This document shows, piece by piece, positions 61,946 to 64,000 of a stretch of 64,000 nucleotides of DNA; within the stretch, counting starts at the first letter, position 1; each line of letters opens with the position of its first letter. The stretch is taken from NCBI RefSeq assembly GCF_041956535.1, contig NW_027192201.1, positions 424,206 through 488,205 of the forward strand. The letters are read 5' to 3'. The position numbers and the translations under genes were made by a program. The notes under the pieces were generated by a model. It did no database searches and was not told where the DNA came from. It saw only the letters and a program-made list of their open reading frames with translations. Source of the stretch: Calcarisporiella thermophila CBS 279.70. Taxonomy: Eukaryota > Fungi > Calcarisporiellomycota.

Positions 61946-62530
61946 CTAGCACCAAAAGAAACTTTCCTTGTTAATAGAGCAAAACTTTTCGGCATGGGAG
62001 GACGCAAATATCAAGAGTGCAATCAAGACGATGGTTATTATGACGTTAAAGATAAAACACGCGAGTGACATCTTTGCCCATAATCTTTGTTTTTTATCTA
62101 TTTTAAGGACAAGAGCATTAATACTGAGCGGAGACTTGGGAAAGAGGTACAATGGCTTACCTGGGTTTCGGATAAAACACGATCCAATGAGCCATAGGAA
62201 AGGACAGCAGAATCCCGCGACAAACAGGATAAATGGAGAGGTCAGTTGGTTGCTGTCTCCCTCATTTTGGTACACATTGTATACAATAAAGGGCGGCTGC
62301 TGATCGCCTGTCATGGATAGGGGTGCATACGGTAGCTTATGTGGGTTGAATGGTGTACTTTGTCTAGGTGTCTCGGGGGGGGATCTGGACTGTAAATCCG
62401 GAGAATGGTCAGAGCCGTCAATGTTGAGCGAGACGTGCGGGACGGAGAGCGGGGAGTAGACGGGAGGCTGCGACAGATGGGAGGGGTTGTGCGGGGGAAA
62501 TTCCCGAGGAGCCGCGAATGCTTCTGTCAT
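61946..62530 (-). CDS. Small membrane protein with Pro-rich N-terminus (PPVY) and two hydrophobic segments; one in-frame intron at ~62097-62161
   Basis: FILFVAGFCCPFLWLIGS re-entrant-like segment; WAKMSLACFIFNVIITIVLIALLIF TM; gtaagc...aaatag intron. Confidence 0.7.
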   Translation of the reverse strand: MTEAFAAPREFPPHNPSHLSQPPVYSPLSVPHVSLNIDGSDHSPDLQSRSPPETPRQSTPFNPHKLPYAPLSMTGDQQPPFIVYNVYQNEGDSNQLTSPFILFVAGFCCPFLWLIGSCFIRNPGKPLYLFPKSPLSINALVLKIDKKQRLWAKMSLACFIFNVIITIVLIALLIFASSHAEKFCSINKESFFWC

Positions 62531-62851
62531 GGATGCTTAATCAATGCTCTTGATTTCGGTTCGAGTTTAAGGTCGGTCTCCTCCGCTCCTCCTTTGTAGA
62601 CCTGAGGGGCGGTGCTGGCCAATGGAGAGGCTCGAGAAAATCTCGAACGTTTGGTAGCCTTTTTTGGAGAGATTTCAGAAAACCGCCTCCGGCCGAATTG
62701 CAGCTGATTTCCACCAATTTTCATGTTCAAAAAATGGGGGGCGGCCCAAGGCAAATTTAATCGGCCGTTCGTACTCGACTTGCACAAAAGTAACGAAAAC
62801 TGTCGTTCCCCACCTTTTTCCCTCTAAGGTTTATATGCCGTTGCAGCAAGG

Positions 62852-64000
62852 ATGGCGAAACGCATCTCCATCGCCGAATTATGCAATGCCCCCGAGCCTC
62901 ACATATCCCAAAGTATGCGTTTTCTCTCTGAAATGCGTGCTTTGTAGTCTGCTAACCCCCCCATCTCGATCTAGAGGGCGAGAGAGCCTCTATGCTCTCG
63001 CGAAACCGCGGCCATCTGCAGTCGGCCACCTTCGTGAGCAAGGCCCAGGATAGCTCGGAAGATCAGTACACACATACGGCTCATGCCTCCTCTCCATCTC
63101 CACAGGAGCAGCCGAGTCGCTTGCACCAATTCACAATGCAGGTGGGGCATGCCGTCAGCGCAGGTGCTGCAGTGTTGAGCGAGCAGGGGATGAGAAATCT
63201 ACGCTATTGTCTTGAGTGGCTACAGGTATGTTTGTCTAAGTGTGCGAATCATGTGAGGATTAGCTTGGCTAAGGGATTGCTGGATGTTTTAGTATGCCAT
63301 CTCCCAAATCGAATATCAAATTGCATCTCTCCGAGAACTTCTCTCATCGCTTAGCATCTCATCCACCGCCTCTCAACCCAGCACCGCCATTGTCCCCCAC
63401 ACTCTCAATACGGCTAAACGGGACGTGGTCGAGGTGTTACGCCGCGTGGTCGAGGTCGTCTCCCGTTATGCCGGGCAGATTCTCCCCGAGAACGCTCGCC
63501 GACATGTTAGAAGCTTTATATTGAGCCTGCCTTCTAGATGGACCCAACTGAACCATCAGAGCGGACACCCCTATTCCTCCCCCTCACTGGGCAGACCCTC
63601 TACGGAAGCCTCCGCCCCATCGTCTGTAGGCGGGGCCAGCGATGTGGAGGCTACGCGAAGAGTGCTTAACCTTGCCACAGAATCGGCCAACACGCTTCGA
63701 TCGGTGAAGAGCGTGCTGGGCGATACGCTCTACACGGCCGAGTTGTGGCTCGGCAAAGGCTCTTCCTGCGTTAGTCAGAATGGGGAGGGGGAGAGGGCCG
63801 CCAAGCAGGGTACTCCTATGTCTGAGGTGGAGAAGAATCAGGCGCAAAATAATACCGACAGCGGAAATGAAGACGAGGAGGAGGATGTGGATGAGTACAC
63901 TGACAACGCGGCCACCACGGGAGTAGAAGCGGTCTCAAATGAGGCGCGCATCGGGCTACATCGCCGTAGAACGAAGAGTCGCCCGGATCTCGCTTTATAA
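62852..64000 (+). CDS. OPI1: Opi1-family transcriptional repressor of phospholipid synthesis; 3 exons
   Basis: AVLSEQGMRNLRYCLEWLQ-YA; DVVEVLRRVVEVVSRYAG..LPENARRHVRSFILSLPSRW; RVLNLATES; stop at 63998-64000. Confidence 0.88.

Noticed and set aside
1-64000. Transposons, CRISPR arrays, tRNA/rRNA, secondary-metabolite cluster, prokaryotic horizontal transfer
   Set aside because: No transposase, RT, TIR or LTR; no repeat-spacer arrays; no cloverleaf or rRNA sequence seen by eye; no PKS/NRPS; genes are eukaryotic and mostly intron-containing

Overview
Eukaryotic, intron-rich, gene-dense fungal genomic DNA with about 27 protein-coding genes and short GT-AG introns of mostly 55-190 nt. I found no mobile elements, rRNA, tRNA or CRISPR. 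The gene mix (Opi1, Rua1/Meu26-type finger, NsdD-type GATA and NoxB alongside animal-like RapGAP, DUF4460/TCAIM, zinc-knuckle SR and LAPTM-like proteins) suggests an early-diverging, non-Dikarya fungus; this is inference. Housekeeping genes: RPL43, LAG1, PTC7, UTP14, metacaspase, vigilin, TRAPPC2L, FBH1, RPS18, XPB/SSL2, TIM17, ASH2, OPI1. I rebuilt the gene models by hand from splice signals, which recovered several genes and domains missing from the ORF track. Most notable: (1) a box C/D snoRNA (snR62/SNORD34-type guide) in an RPS18 intron that splits off only the last codon; (2) clustered GATGGAT motifs in the ATG-adjacent first introns of both ribosomal-protein genes; (3) a 99-aa double zinc-finger protein with a G-gamma-like CCaaX tail; (4) a LIM domain spread over three small exons and fused to a RapGAP; (5) a DUF4203 multipass protein with a 9-Cys head and a 27-bp-repeat glycosylated stalk; (6) a TGTGAC (HomolD/CRE-like) element 50-125 bp upstream of many start codons. 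No database searches were possible, so all family calls rest on motif recognition.
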